DNA from: Eledone cirrhosa
Lineage: Eukaryota
Assembly (NCBI GenBank): GCA_964016885.1
Contig: OZ024745.1
Location: forward strand, 109,430,001 to 109,494,000
Direction: 5' to 3'
DNA length: 64,000 bases
The notes under the pieces are model-generated. The model saw only the letters and a program-made list of their open reading frames with translations, had not been told where the DNA came from and did no database searches. A program made the translations under genes and the position numbers. This document shows positions 28,515-41,857 of this stretch, one piece after another (position 1 is the stretch's first letter; every line of letters begins with the position of its first letter).

Positions 28515-28960
28515 AAGTAGTAGTACTAGTAGTAGTAGTAGTAGTAGTTGTAGTACTAGTAGTTGTAGCAGCAGCAGTAGTAGTAATAATAGTAGTAGTA
28601 GTAGTAATAGAAGTCGTAGTAGTAGTAGTAGTAGTAGCAGCAGCAGTAGCAGTAGTAGTAGTAGTAGCTGTAATAGTAGTAATGGTAGTAGTAGTAGTAG
28701 TAGCAGCAGTAGTAGTAGTAGTAATAGTAGTAGTAGTACTAGTAGTAGTAGTAGTAGTTGTAGTACTAGTAGTTGTAGTAGTAGCAGCAGCAGTAGTAGT
28801 AATAATAGTAGTAGTAGTAGTAGTAATAGAAGTCGTAGTAGTAGTAGTAGTAGCAGCAGCAGTAGCAGTAGTAGTAGTAGTAGTAGCTGTAATAGTAGTA
28901 ATGGTAGTAGTAGTAGTAGTAGTAGTAGTAATAGTAGTAGCATTAGCAGCAGTAGTGGTG

Positions 28961-28993
<33 letters not shown>

Positions 28994-29035
28994 TTGGTAG
29001 TAGTAGTAGTAGTGGTGGTGGTGGCAGCTGTAGTA
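28010..29035. repeat. Compound (GGT)n/(GAT)n/(TAG)n tract with an internal duplication of about 210 bp
   Basis: Seen directly; GTACTAG...GAAGTCGTAG...GCTGTAATAG landmarks occur twice. Confidence 0.9.
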
Positions 29036-29514
29036 GCTAATGGGAATGTTTATCAAAGATGAAAGCCTGCAACCCTAGTCTGGATTGTTTAACTAAATTA
29101 CTAAATCTGCGATAATTACCATTGAATGTCTTATAATTAGTGGGGGGGGGTAGGAGTGGAGAGGATTGGTGGGAGTTGAGGATAGACAGGAGGTGGGCAA
29201 GAACACACACCTATACACACACACATACACCTATACACATACACACACACACACACACCTATACACACACACACCCCTATATACACACATACACCCCTAT
29301 ACACACACACACCTACACACACACACACACACAAATGGGGAGGCGTGGGAGAATATGAGGGAGTATAAAGAGGAATAAAAAAGACATAGAGAAAGAAAAG
29401 AAGTAAGAGAGTTATATGTAGAGAAGGAAAAGATATATAGAGAAGAATTGATATATAGAGAAGAGATATAGAAAGGGTAATATATATATATATATATATG
29501 ATGATATATATATA

Positions 29515-29852
29515 TCATCATCATCATCATCATCATTTTACGTCCGCTTTCCCTGCTTGCAAGGGTGGGACGGGAACTGATTCTGGCTTGATTTCTACAG
29601 CTGGATGCCCTTCCTAACACCAACCTCATTTACAGTGAGTGCTGGGTGCTTTTTTTCCGTGGCACCTCCACGACCACTTTGCAGTGGAATGATAGGGACC
29701 CCAGTCCCTATCATCTCATTTCTACAGCTGAGTAAACTGGAGAATGTGAAATAAAGTGTCTTGCTCAAGGAAACAACACATCACCCAGTCTGAGAATTGA
29801 ACTCACAATCTTTCGATTGCAAGGCCAATGCTCTAACCACTAAGCCATGTCA
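29515..29852 (-). mobile_element. SINE family A, full length
   Basis: Near-identical reverse complement of 45420-45745. Confidence 0.9.
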
Positions 29853-30040
29853 CCCGTTCCATATAACCATGTCCATTACAAGCTGAGGATCTGCTAAGGT
29901 GAAACAATTGTTCTCTGTATGGTGAACTAACTGTTGTGTAACCACTTCTACCTAACTCGTCCCATGGACTGAGTGCTCTACCACTACGGATATTACCTTC
30001 CAGTGTTCTACCACTATATATATATATATATATATATATA

Positions 30041-30946
30041 CGAGGTGGGTCAGAAAAGTTCCAGGACTGATGTCACAAAAGATTTATTTCAAACCCAAAC
30101 TTCACACTAAGAGTTTTCTCCTTCAAAGTAATCCCCCTGGAGTATGTAACTGTAATCTTAGCTCTCTGCAGCAATCAAACTTTTTTCTTCATAATTTTAT
30201 ATACATGTCTTCTGTTTCAGGTCATCAAGCAATGAAGACAGAGCAACGAACAAACTTGAAAACTCTGTCAGAAGCACTGGGATTGCTGCAGCAAGTGTAT
30301 GGAGATGAGACGATGTCACGCTCATGTGTTTTTGAGTGGTGCAAGAGGTTTAAAGAAGGACACGAGGACGTGGAAGATGACCCCAGGAGTGGAAGGCCCT
30401 CAACAACTAGGACTGAGGTCAACGTTGAGCACGTCAGGCAGATGGTGCGTAGCGATCGTCAGCTGACTGTTCGACTGGTGGCAAATGAGCTGGGCATGAA
30501 TCGGGACAGCGTCTGGAAGATTCTCACTGAAGATTTGGATATGCGGAAAGTCTGCGCGAAGATGGTGCCAAAACTGCTGAACAATGACCAGAAGGGTTGA
30601 CGCATGCAAGTGTGCCAGGACATCCTCGAGAGTCTTGAAACCGAACCAGACTTGCTAGGGACAGTCATCACCGGTGATGAGTCATGGATCTTCGAGTATG
30701 ACCTGGAAGGGACCCGTTTTGAAGACGTGGACGACATAAAAAAGGCCATGATGACGGAACTGCGGAGGATCCTGGAAGAATCCTTCCAGGAGTGCATGCA
30801 AGCGTGGCAGAAAAGGATGGAAAAATGCATTAGACTCCAGGGGATTACTTTGAAGGAGAAAACTATTAGTGTGAAGTTTGGGTTTGAAACAAATCTTTTG
30901 TGACATCAGTCCTGGCACTTTTCTGCCCCCCCCCCCCCCCCCCCCG
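30041..30946 (+). mobile_element. Mariner element, internally deleted, TIRs of about 100 bp, TA TSD
   Basis: TA|CGAGG...CG|TA; protein [55 protein letters not shown] joined directly to [13 protein letters not shown]. Confidence 0.93.
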
Positions 30947-31007
30947 TATATATATATACTTGCTATTAAGTTAGACATGATCTGGGCCTTAAAGTTAAAT
31001 ATAAATA

Positions 31008-31038
<31 letters not shown>

Positions 31039-31042
31039 TATG

Positions 31043-31130
<88 letters not shown>

Positions 31131-31136
31131 TACATA

Positions 31137-31170
<34 letters not shown>

Positions 31171-31223
31171 CATATATATACATACATACATATACATACA
31201 TACATATATATACATACATACAT

Positions 31224-31324
<101 letters not shown>

Positions 31325-31767
31325 GAGGATGGGGTGATTAAGAGGAGTTATAATTAAAGAAGTAAACATGAAAAAATGAAGAATGAAGAGAAGAAAAGAA
31401 AGAAATACTTTTTGAAATAAGGGGATATAAAACAAATGAACAGCGAGAGGGGGTGGGGGGGGGCAGACAGAGAGAGGGTGAGGGAGAGAGAAAAGGAGCT
31501 AGAGAGAGAAAGACAGAGAGACAGAGATAAATAAAAATAAGGAGAAAGATGGAGTTAAGAGGAGAGAGATATATAAAGTGAAATATAAAGAAAAAGATCT
31601 GGAATAAGAAGTGGGACGATGGATATATATGAAGTTGGAGAAACTGAGGGGAGGAAAGTAAGTCAAATCAAACAGGACAGACAAATAAAAAACACAAAAA
31701 AAAACAAAATGAGGAGAGAGAGATAATACATACATATTAATATATATGTGTATATATATATATATAT

Positions 31768-32913
31768 GAGTGTAGGAAAGGCGTAGGTAGAAATTCCATT
31801 TTGTGTCCCAAATGCAAAGTTTGGGTGCATAAAAGATGTAGTGGGATCACAGGTAAGCTAACTAAGAACATAGATTTTACATGTGGCCGGTGCTCTGGGG
31901 ATATAAGTAGCAGCAAGTGCCCACAAAATACTAGCTCTTTCAACTGCGCAGAGGGTTCTATAGAAATAGTGGACAGCTTCCGTTACCTGGGTGACAAAAT
32001 CAGCAGTGGGGGAGGGTGCTCTGAAAGTACAGTAGCTAGAGTCAGAACTGGGTGGAAAAAGTTCAGAGAGCTTATACCACTATTAGCCGCTAAAGGGTTC
32101 TCCCTAAAAATAAAAGGCAGGCTGTACGATGCCTGCATACGAACAGCAATGTTGCATGGCAGTGAGACCTGGGCATTGTGTGCAGAGGATATACGCAGAC
32201 TAGAGAGAAACGAAGCTTGCATGCTCCGCTGGATGTGTAATAGTAATATACGTGAACGACAAAGCATAAACGAACTAAGGAAAAAATTAGAAATAAGAGG
32301 GATCAGATGTTGTTTACTAGAGAGAAGGCTACGTTGGTATGGTCACGTGATGCGCATGAAGGATGATAGCTGTATAAGAAAGTGCAGGGCAATAAAGATA
32401 GACGGTAGCCACGGAATAGGCAGACCCAGAAAAACCTGGGACGAGCTGATAAACACCGACCTCACACACTTACACCTCACCAAGACAATGTCACTGGACC
32501 GAGACCTTTGGCGGTACTCAGTAATAGAGAAGACCCGCCTTGCCAGTAGGCATCTCTAACAAAATACACCCCGTCCCACCACCACCAACCCCACCCCATC
32601 CACACCGCCCGTTCTATGTAAAGTTATGTTGGTGCCGCGCCATCCAGGCCGAAACAAATGAGATCGTGTAGGTGTCACGACAAAAAAACACACAGTCCAC
32701 GCTGTAATGTGGCCGTGTAGGCAACACGGTAAAAACCTCCCAGACCCACACTGTAAATGTGGTTGGTGTTAGGAAGGGCATCCAACTGTAGAAAACCTGC
32801 CAGACAGTCCTATGCGAGCAAGAAAATCACTCTTGCCTCAAGTGGGACTACCCCCGTCCAAACCCATGCAAGCGTGGAACACGGACGTTAAACGTTGATG
32901 ATGATGATGATGA
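31768..32913 (+). mobile_element. RTE LINE, 5'-truncated; open ORF2 C-terminus with PHD-like Cys cluster and complete 3' UTR ending in (GAT)n
   Basis: CRKGVGRNSILCPKCKVWVHKRCSG..CGRC, VDSFRYLGD, AMLHGSETW, RRLRWYGHVMR, GRPRKTW; stop at 32559. Confidence 0.93.
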
Positions 32914-32930
32914 TATATATATATATATAT

Positions 32931-33140
32931 AACGAAGGAAATGTGATAAGGAACCAGATGGACCATAACGCACCAAAGTACTCAATACTTAGGGTAGTAG
33001 AGTGGGTAATAGGAACGAGTAGGACCCGACAGCTGAGCTCAAGCCGTTTTGACGGCTAATTCTGGACTAAAATATATATATTAGTCCAGAATTAGCCGTC
33101 GAAACGGCTGGAGCTCAGCCGTCGGGGATTTACCCGTTCC
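32931..33140. mobile_element. Inverted pair of Neptune pLTR 3' pieces (- 32931-33070; + 33081-33140)
   Basis: Both begin at TTAGTCCAGAATTAGCCGTC; the + copy has perfect stem III GAAACGGCT-GGAGCTC-AGCCGTC^GGGG. Confidence 0.85.
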
Positions 33141-33230
<90 letters not shown>

Positions 33231-33313
33231 TATACATACAAATATATATATATATATAGAGAGAGAGAGGGGGGGAGACATTGATAGAGATAGATAGATA
33301 AATAGATAGATAT

Positions 33314-33520
33314 ATTTCTTTATTAGCCACAGGGGCACAAAAGAAGGGGACAAATACAAAGGGGGAAGTTTACATACAATAAAAACGTGTAAAATGTTAT
33401 CACAAATGGAATTTAAAAAGTTAGTCGATTTTCCCCAATAGAGGGAGACAGTTTATATGGGTAACACATACCCCCGAAAAAAAATGTGCAACCCTCATCT
33501 CCAGGAGTACGAAGAGCTTG
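33314..33520 (-). mobile_element. L1/Tx1-like 3' UTR fragment
   Basis: - strand end CCCCTGTGGCTAATAAAGAAA matches the end of 17367-18076. Confidence 0.6.
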
Positions 33521-34100
33521 TACTCCTTTCCTCTCCTCCTCCTTTTCCTCAACCTACAGACTGATATAGAAATAGATAGATAGAGAGAGACAGAGAGAGA
33601 AAGAGTGGAGACAGAGGAGTGAGTGAGCATCATCCTTATTCTGTAGAAGTAAAAATTTGATAAAGTGGAATCTCAAGAGTCTTGTTTTGGTCCAACATCC
33701 CAACAGACTGATCCCATAAGGTTATCTTTTATGGTGTCTTTATACTTTAAACTTTGAACTACTACTGCTCTCCTGATAACAGATTATCTATGTTCAATGC
33801 AAGAATATCTGACTTCTGTTTAGGCTAGTGTTATTCATCAAAGACCCAGATGAAAAATTATTTTAGGCAAAAACTGCTCCTTTGTACTTCTCATTACTGG
33901 CAGAGCTAGTCATTTATTTGAGAAGAATATTTGGAGAATAAAATCTTAATGTCTCTTTAAGACAAAGCTTTGCTTCTTTTCTTTTTTGGTATTTTTTTTA
34001 TTTTTTATTTATTTATTTGCCATGAAAACTGTATGCACAAACGTATCTATGCATGTATGTATGTATGTGTGTATGTGTGTATGTATGTGTGTATATGTGT

Positions 34101-34136
<36 letters not shown>

Positions 34137-34429
34137 ATGTATGTGTATGTGTATGTGTGTGTGTGTATGTATGTGTTTATGTGTGTATGTGTATGTGTGT
34201 ATGTATGTATGTATGTGTGTGTATGTGTGTGTGTGTGTGTATGTGTGTGTGTGTGTATGTATGCGTGTATGTGTGTATACGTATGTGTATATGTGTATGT
34301 GTACATGTGTATGTGTGCATGTGTGTATGTGTGTATGTATGTATGCATGCATGTATGCATGCATGTATGAATGCAGTGTGTGTATGTGTATGTCTGTATG
34401 TATGTATATATATATATAAGTATATGAGA

Positions 34430-34833
34430 GATGACCCCTTAGCCTTTTTCAAGGCAGAATTCTAGGAGAAGGAAAACTCTGATATAACACCTGCAACCCT
34501 GATGGTATCCAATGATGTTGACTTGTTCTTCTTTTTGGTAAATATCATCTTGGTTAAGAGAGTGGGACTGGCTTTGTGCAGTGCCTTTGCTCACTATAAA
34601 AGCTTCACGGCACAGGCATTTCTTTATATCTGGAGATCTCTCTGCCCTTGTCGTCACATGGTACCATGGGCCCAGCACTATGTGTCAATAATTGTCACAT
34701 GTGTAGTGTTTGTACCAGAGTTTTCAAGTCGCTGGCTGGACTGAAAAGTCACACTCGTTCAGTGCATCAGTAGGGGTTCTCCTACATGGATATAAAGTAC
34801 TGGCCGTACTCGAAAACGAGTTGGCAGCCACCA
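34430..34833 (+). mobile_element. 3' part of the ~600-bp non-coding interspersed element (see 49727-50340)
   Basis: Near-identical reverse complement of 49727-50135. Confidence 0.85.
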
Positions 34834-34855
34834 TATATAAGTATACATGTGTGAG

Positions 34856-34887
<32 letters not shown>

Positions 34888-35025
34888 TAACAGATTAAAG
34901 TTTAAGCAAAGAATCGCTGCTTTCACCCTTAATGAGATCGAAGGAAATCATCACAAAAATCCTGATGATTTCCTTCGATTGAAAGAGTTCTAGTCCTGTA
35001 GAAGCCATTTCTATATCAAATTTCT

Positions 35026-35064
<39 letters not shown>

Positions 35065-35175
35065 CCATGCATATAGACTTGCATCTATCTATCTATTTAT
35101 TTATTCATCTCCTTATATATATGCATCTCTCTCTCCTCTCTCTCTTCCCCGTCTCTCTCTCTATAGCTACCTCTC

Positions 35176-35206
<31 letters not shown>

Positions 35207-36579
35207 AATTGCAGACTAAGCAGCCAAAATATACAATAAATTTATATCGATTTGGAATATTCATCATTTTTTCAATTTACATGGAAATACATAAATTTTA
35301 CATATTTACACATCTATAATATACCCAGTGTGTTATATACACATTTATATACCAATTTACAGAGTCTCAGTTAACACTATACTGTATATGTTCTAAAATG
35401 TCTGTCTTAAGCCAGTTCATCGCAAGGTTAAACCCCCAGGTATTGCTGGAATCCATTTACAGCTGAGTATAATGGAGCAATGTGAAATCAAATATTTTGC
35501 TCAAGAACACATCACACAACCTAGTCCAGGAATTAAACCCACAACATTATGATTGTAAGTTAAACAACCATACCACAATGCCCCATGCCCCCACATTTGA
35601 TGTGTGGTTGCCATGAAAGATCAGTGAATCATACAGACCCATTTATTGAAAAGAAATGTGTTTCCATTAGACTTTCCATTGCTGATATATCACCACTTTT
35701 CCAATGACATGAAGTAGAATTTGAACTCAGAATGTATATAGTCAGAATAACTGCTGCAAAGGGACCTGTTTGGCCCTTTAACAATTCTGCCAATCTACTC
35801 ACCCCTTTTTACTGGTACTTTATTTATCAACCCCAAAAGAATGAATGACAATGTTGAGCTCTGTGGGGTTTGAAATACACTGTTTATGTGTTTCAATTCA
35901 TTTTGAAAATAACTAAACATTTGGAGGAATTTAATAAAATAACTAAGTTTTTTATAAGTAATTTGATATTAAGAATATTACTTAATAAACATTTCTAAAA
36001 TATAATTGTAATGAAAGGTTTTAACCATTTGTATACCAGCCTGCCTCAAGCCACCACTGGTTCAAAGAAAAAAATAACCCATTTTAAATGGTTTCTATTG
36101 AAATAAAATATCTTCCAGCATAATTTGACATAAGAACATTTTATTAAACTATATTACAAATACTATCTTGATAATAAAATAATTAATTATTTTAGTAAAC
36201 CCCTCTAGATTCTTTATTAATTCAAATACAGTATCTCATTATAAACATAGTAATGAAAAGGTGAATATAAGGATAAACATTTAAAAATGGTCAGCTTTAT
36301 ATCATAAATTCAGGGTCATTTCAGGTGGTTTGGTATAAAAAAGGTTAAACTAATGTTTTAATGACTCTACCAATCCACTGCCTAAAGATTGTTGAAGATT
36401 CCATATAAATAAAGCAAAGAGAAAAACGATGTTAGATTCATAAATTTTACCAATGATTTCAAGTATTTAGTCATCAGACTACCTTTACTTTGGTTTGTAT
36501 GGCAACCTTTACCTGTGGTCATGAATCTTAAGTAATGATCGATTAAATACAATCATGAATACAAGTTGCCAAAATGAGG

Positions 36580-36900
36580 TTTTATCACAAAGGTCCTCAG
36601 ACTAATGTTACTTGATAAGGTAATTCTCTGAATTGAGATATCACAGCTTTAACACTACAGACATGTGGTCAGAATGTCTAAGGAAAGAATTGTTGGATAG
36701 ATTTTATGGGCAAAACCAACTGGAAGGAGACTCAGGGGTAGATCCCAAGCCAGATGGTTAGATAACATCTATGAGCTTCACTAGTCTTGCTTAGGGATAC
36801 AGCTGGAACAATTAAACACAGTTGCTTCTGAAAGGACCCATTCGAAGGTGTGCTTCAGTTCTCTGCCTACAAGACCCTCCCAGGAATAAGTGAGCAAAGA
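36580..36900 (+). mobile_element. Old RTE (Rex3/Expander-like) ORF2 C-terminal fragment
   Basis: LRIEISQL*HYRHVVRMSKERIVG*ILWAKPTGRRLRGRSQARWLDNI..LGI..LPTRP. Confidence 0.75.
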
Positions 36901-37384
36901 ACATGATCAATGATTTCATGATATTAATCTATTGCAATAATTGTATATTAATTAAATATGTCTATTTTTCAAGTCTTTTTTTTTTATATTTGTATGTAAA
37001 ATATTTTATATTTTGTTTTATTGCTGTCTATATAACTATATATCTAAAACACATTCAAATTTCTATAAGGTGTCAGTGCTGTGTGTATCTAGTTCAGAAT
37101 AAGTATACCATATTCCTATATATTGTAAGAGGTGACTTAAAGGATTAGGATGAAGAAGGGTAACCAGCTGTAAAACATTGCCCCCCAAAAGGACCCAGTG
37201 ATCAATATGATGTTTATCATAGAGCTCACAAGGTTACCTCCTGCTTTAACAGGGAAGGTGGCCTTAAAAAACTTCTTGGTTGTTGTTTTGTTGTTGTAAA
37301 GCATCAGTACTAGTGGTTTCTCTGGTACCTGTAAAAGAGTAACTTGTTCACCTTCTAGTAACAGTATTCACAATAATAATATTA

Positions 37385-37840
37385 ATAATAATAATAATTG
37401 TTTCTACTTTTGGCATAAGGCCAGCAATTACCCCAGTGCAATATTGGCGCTTTATTAATAATAATTATTTCTACTTTTGGCACAAGGCCAGCATTTAACC
37501 AATGCATTACTGGTACTTTATTTTATCGACCCCGTAAGGATGAAAGGCAAAGTAAACCTCGGCGGGATTTGAACTCAGACTGTAAAGGGACCTAACTATG
37601 CTGGAAAGCATGGTGTTCGACTCTCTACCGATACTGCCAATGGTAATTGTTTCTACTAGGCCAGCAATTTGATGGGAAAATCGATTAAATCAACCTCAAT
37701 ACTTGTCTGGTACTTATTTTTTTATTGACATCAGAAGGGTAAAAGACAAGGCTGATCTTGGAGGGATTTGGACTCAAAACATAAAGGGTCATAACTGTAT
37801 GCTATAAAGAATTTTGTCTGATGTTGCCAATTCACCACCC
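37385..37840 (-). mobile_element. Tandem SINE family C copies with a duplicated tail
   Basis: Tail motif TTTCTACTTTTGGCA.AAGGCCAGCA repeated; two bodies. Confidence 0.8.
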
Positions 37841-37876
<36 letters not shown>

Positions 37877-39690
37877 TGATGATGATGATAAAAATATGAT
37901 TGATGGATCAATGAATAGTTAAAATAGTAAAATCTTGTGCCAAAAATTTTGCAGCACTATTGGATAGGCTGTGTGTATACTAAATTTGATTAGCTGATAA
38001 AAATTGACACAGCATGGACATATGTCATGATTACAGAGAAAGTTGCAAAGGACTGTGGTACAAAATAAGATAGATAGATAGACAGGCGGACAGATATGTG
38101 TATATGTAGTAGGTAAAGGAAAAGAAAACAAAAAGATAGATCAAAGACAAAGGAATAGACAAGCTTAATTAACTTTCACTAGTCAGAGCAATACTGAAAT
38201 AAGTGATGAATATTTGCAGTGAATATCTACATTGTTTTTGATGTTGTAACTTATTCCCCAAATCAACCATAAATCATGGCTGCTGTGTCTCTAGTGTCCT
38301 TTTAGGAATATCTAGGACAAGATTATTTAATGTGTCCTTTTTTATAATTTAAGACAGATTTGGTTGCTATTTCTCACAAGACAGTCAGCTACACAAAGTC
38401 TACCTTGCTTTCTTTGGTGAAAACAGCTTTAAGCCTTTAGCATTTAAACCAGCCATATCTGGCCAGAATTATCTCACCTCTTTCTGTTCAAACCGGTCAT
38501 AACTGGCTGCTCATACTTATGTTAAGGTATTGTTCTCAAAATAAATATCAAAATCTTGTAGATTTAATATTATGTGAGATAAAGTATTATCATGAAAATA
38601 CAATAGTAAATATAGAGTACTGTAAATGCTAACAGGTTAACTCTTAATACCCTATACTGCATAAATTCACATTAGCATTCTTGATAAGAACAAAACAGCA
38701 CTATGACTAAATCAAATTAAAAATGCTGAAGTCTTTACTGTGTGTTTAGTGCAAATTTTCATCACAATCTGGTTACTAATAAAACTACTATACACATCTG
38801 AATTAACAAACTTGCATTTAGTCATTTTCTCTTAAATCGTTACAGGAGGTTAAGAGTTTACACATGTAACATGCAAAAAGCTTTAAAATAGATCTAAATA
38901 TGAAGACCAACTGTGTCAAACAATAAATCTATTTACAAAAAATTAACCTACTCAATTAGACAGTCAAGGGTTTTATTTACACAGAAGCTCCTATATTAGA
39001 TTCATTAGTCATCCCAAACCCTTGAATTTCCTCACAAAATGGCTTCTTTGTATTTGCCAATATCATGTTATACCAAGCTTATTATTGGGTTTATGTTTGA
39101 CAATAGGAAAATAGTGATCAGATTATTTTTCTTCCACAATAGGAAAATATTTGATTTATGCCTGACTATAGGAAGATATTGGGCTTGTAATGAAAACCAA
39201 TCTGAAGATATTGGACTTATTATGTTTGAAAATAAGGAAATATTAACCTGATCAAGCTTGTTTGACAATAGAGAGGAAGGGAGCCTGCTGTTATTTTGTT
39301 TGACAAGAGAATCAATAGTCATTCTTGTGTCCTCTCATATCTTGAGATTTCTACAGGATATAGAGTGACTTGTGTCTATAGTTATTACAGTGATGTAGAG
39401 TCCTCATATATGTGTGTGTGTGTGTGTATATATATATGTATGTGTGTATATATATATATGTGTGTATATATATGTGTGTGTGTGTGTATATATATATATG
39501 TATGTGTATATATATATATATATGTGTGTATTTATATGTGTGTGTGTGTATATATATATATGTATGTGTATATATATATATATATATGTGTATTTATATG
39601 TGTGTGTGTGTGTATATATATATAACCCATGCTAGCGTGGAATATGGATGTTAAATGAAGATGATGATGATGATGATGATGATGATGATA

Positions 39691-39782
<92 letters not shown>

Positions 39783-39924
39783 TGTGTGCACATATATATC
39801 ATCATTATCATCATAATCATATATATATATATATATGCACACACACACACATACAAACCGGAAAAAACACATATATATACACATATACATATATACATAT
39901 ATATATCATCATTATCATCATAAT

Positions 39925-39991
<67 letters not shown>

Positions 39992-40039
39992 TTATATATA
40001 TATATACACACACACATATATATATATATACACATATTC

Positions 40040-40093
<54 letters not shown>

Positions 40094-40427
40094 GCACACA
40101 TGTATATATACATATATATACATATATAAACTTTTTACATATGTATGTTGTGTTTGCAAGAGACATGTTATATACACTATTCATGCTTTATTAAAAGTAT
40201 ATACGGAGTTGATTAATGTCTGTGTCAGTGCTAGTTATATATGCACGTGTGTATGTGTGTGTATGTATGCGTGTCTTTGGTTATATTGATTCTTTGTGCC
40301 TGCACACACATATACACATAGATAAACATGTACACACACACACACATACACAACTGAAACTAAGTATGTATAAAACAGAATGTTGGATTAATTAGTAGTG
40401 ATACAATTCTGGTCACTTTCCAACAGT

Positions 40428-40462
<35 letters not shown>

Positions 40463-40739
40463 ATGTGTATATGTGTGTGTGTGTGTGTGTGAGTGTGTGC
40501 ATATTTGTGTGTGTGTGTGCATATATGTGTGTGTTGATTTATATATGTCTATATATATATATATGCATATTAAAATATACACGCACACATATATATGTAT
40601 ATATATATATATATATATCTACATATATATACGTATATACATATACAGAAATATATATATATAAATATACATAAATATATATGTATATATATGTATATAA
40701 ATATATATGTATATATATATGTATGTATATATATATATG

Positions 40740-40800
<61 letters not shown>

Positions 40801-40851
40801 GTTGTCATTTGATAAACCAGCAAGGCTTAATATATATGTATAATTTCTCTC

Positions 40852-40897
<46 letters not shown>

Positions 40898-41019
40898 CAC
40901 CCAACCATTTTTTAAATTTACATTCACATGCCCTCCCTCAAATATCAACTTTGTAAGAAAATTTGATAAATATTGGATGAAATTCAATAATATACTGTAA
41001 CACTGCTTGCCATGTCCAA

Positions 41020-41068
<49 letters not shown>

Positions 41069-41255
41069 AGAATATCTTATTCTCACTTTGACAACAAGAA
41101 AATGCATCAACCATAGACATACATATGCACACAGATATATATATATCTACACATACAGACATACATAAATATATATATATATGTATACACACATATATAC
41201 ATATATACATACATATATAAAATTATATATATATATATTTATTTATTTATATCAT

Positions 41256-41288
<33 letters not shown>

Positions 41289-41823
41289 GTAAATATATAT
41301 ATATATTCCACTTTTTGTGTCTTGATTTTAGAAAATTTTAAAATAACTTGGCATGTCTCTTTCTTCATTTTTATAATCTTGATTGGATTTTTGTTTTTTT
41401 ATATTCTGTTTTATATTATAATTGTTATTATTATTGTTGTTGTTTTTGTTGTTGTTTGTTTGTTTTCAATTTGGCCATGCTGTCACCTTGTGTATTAAAT
41501 ATCAAATTGTTGATGTCATTTCTCGTCTGGGGGAAAAAAGAAATATAAGTAGTGGTGATGGTATGGTGTTGGTATGATGGTGGTAGTAGTAGTGGTGGTG
41601 GTGGTGGTGGTGGTAAAAGAGGTTGGTGGGTAGTGGTGAAGGTACAGAGATATTTCCTCTATGGAATCAAATCATAAATAAATTGGTTTATATTTCAATG
41701 GAAATGGTTTTTCTCTTCTTGAGAAAGTATGTACTATGTATGTATATTTGGGAGCCTGTTATACTGTTTGCAGACCCCCTCCCCCCACATACACATGCAT
41801 ACACACACACAGACACACATGAG

Positions 41824-41857
<34 letters not shown>

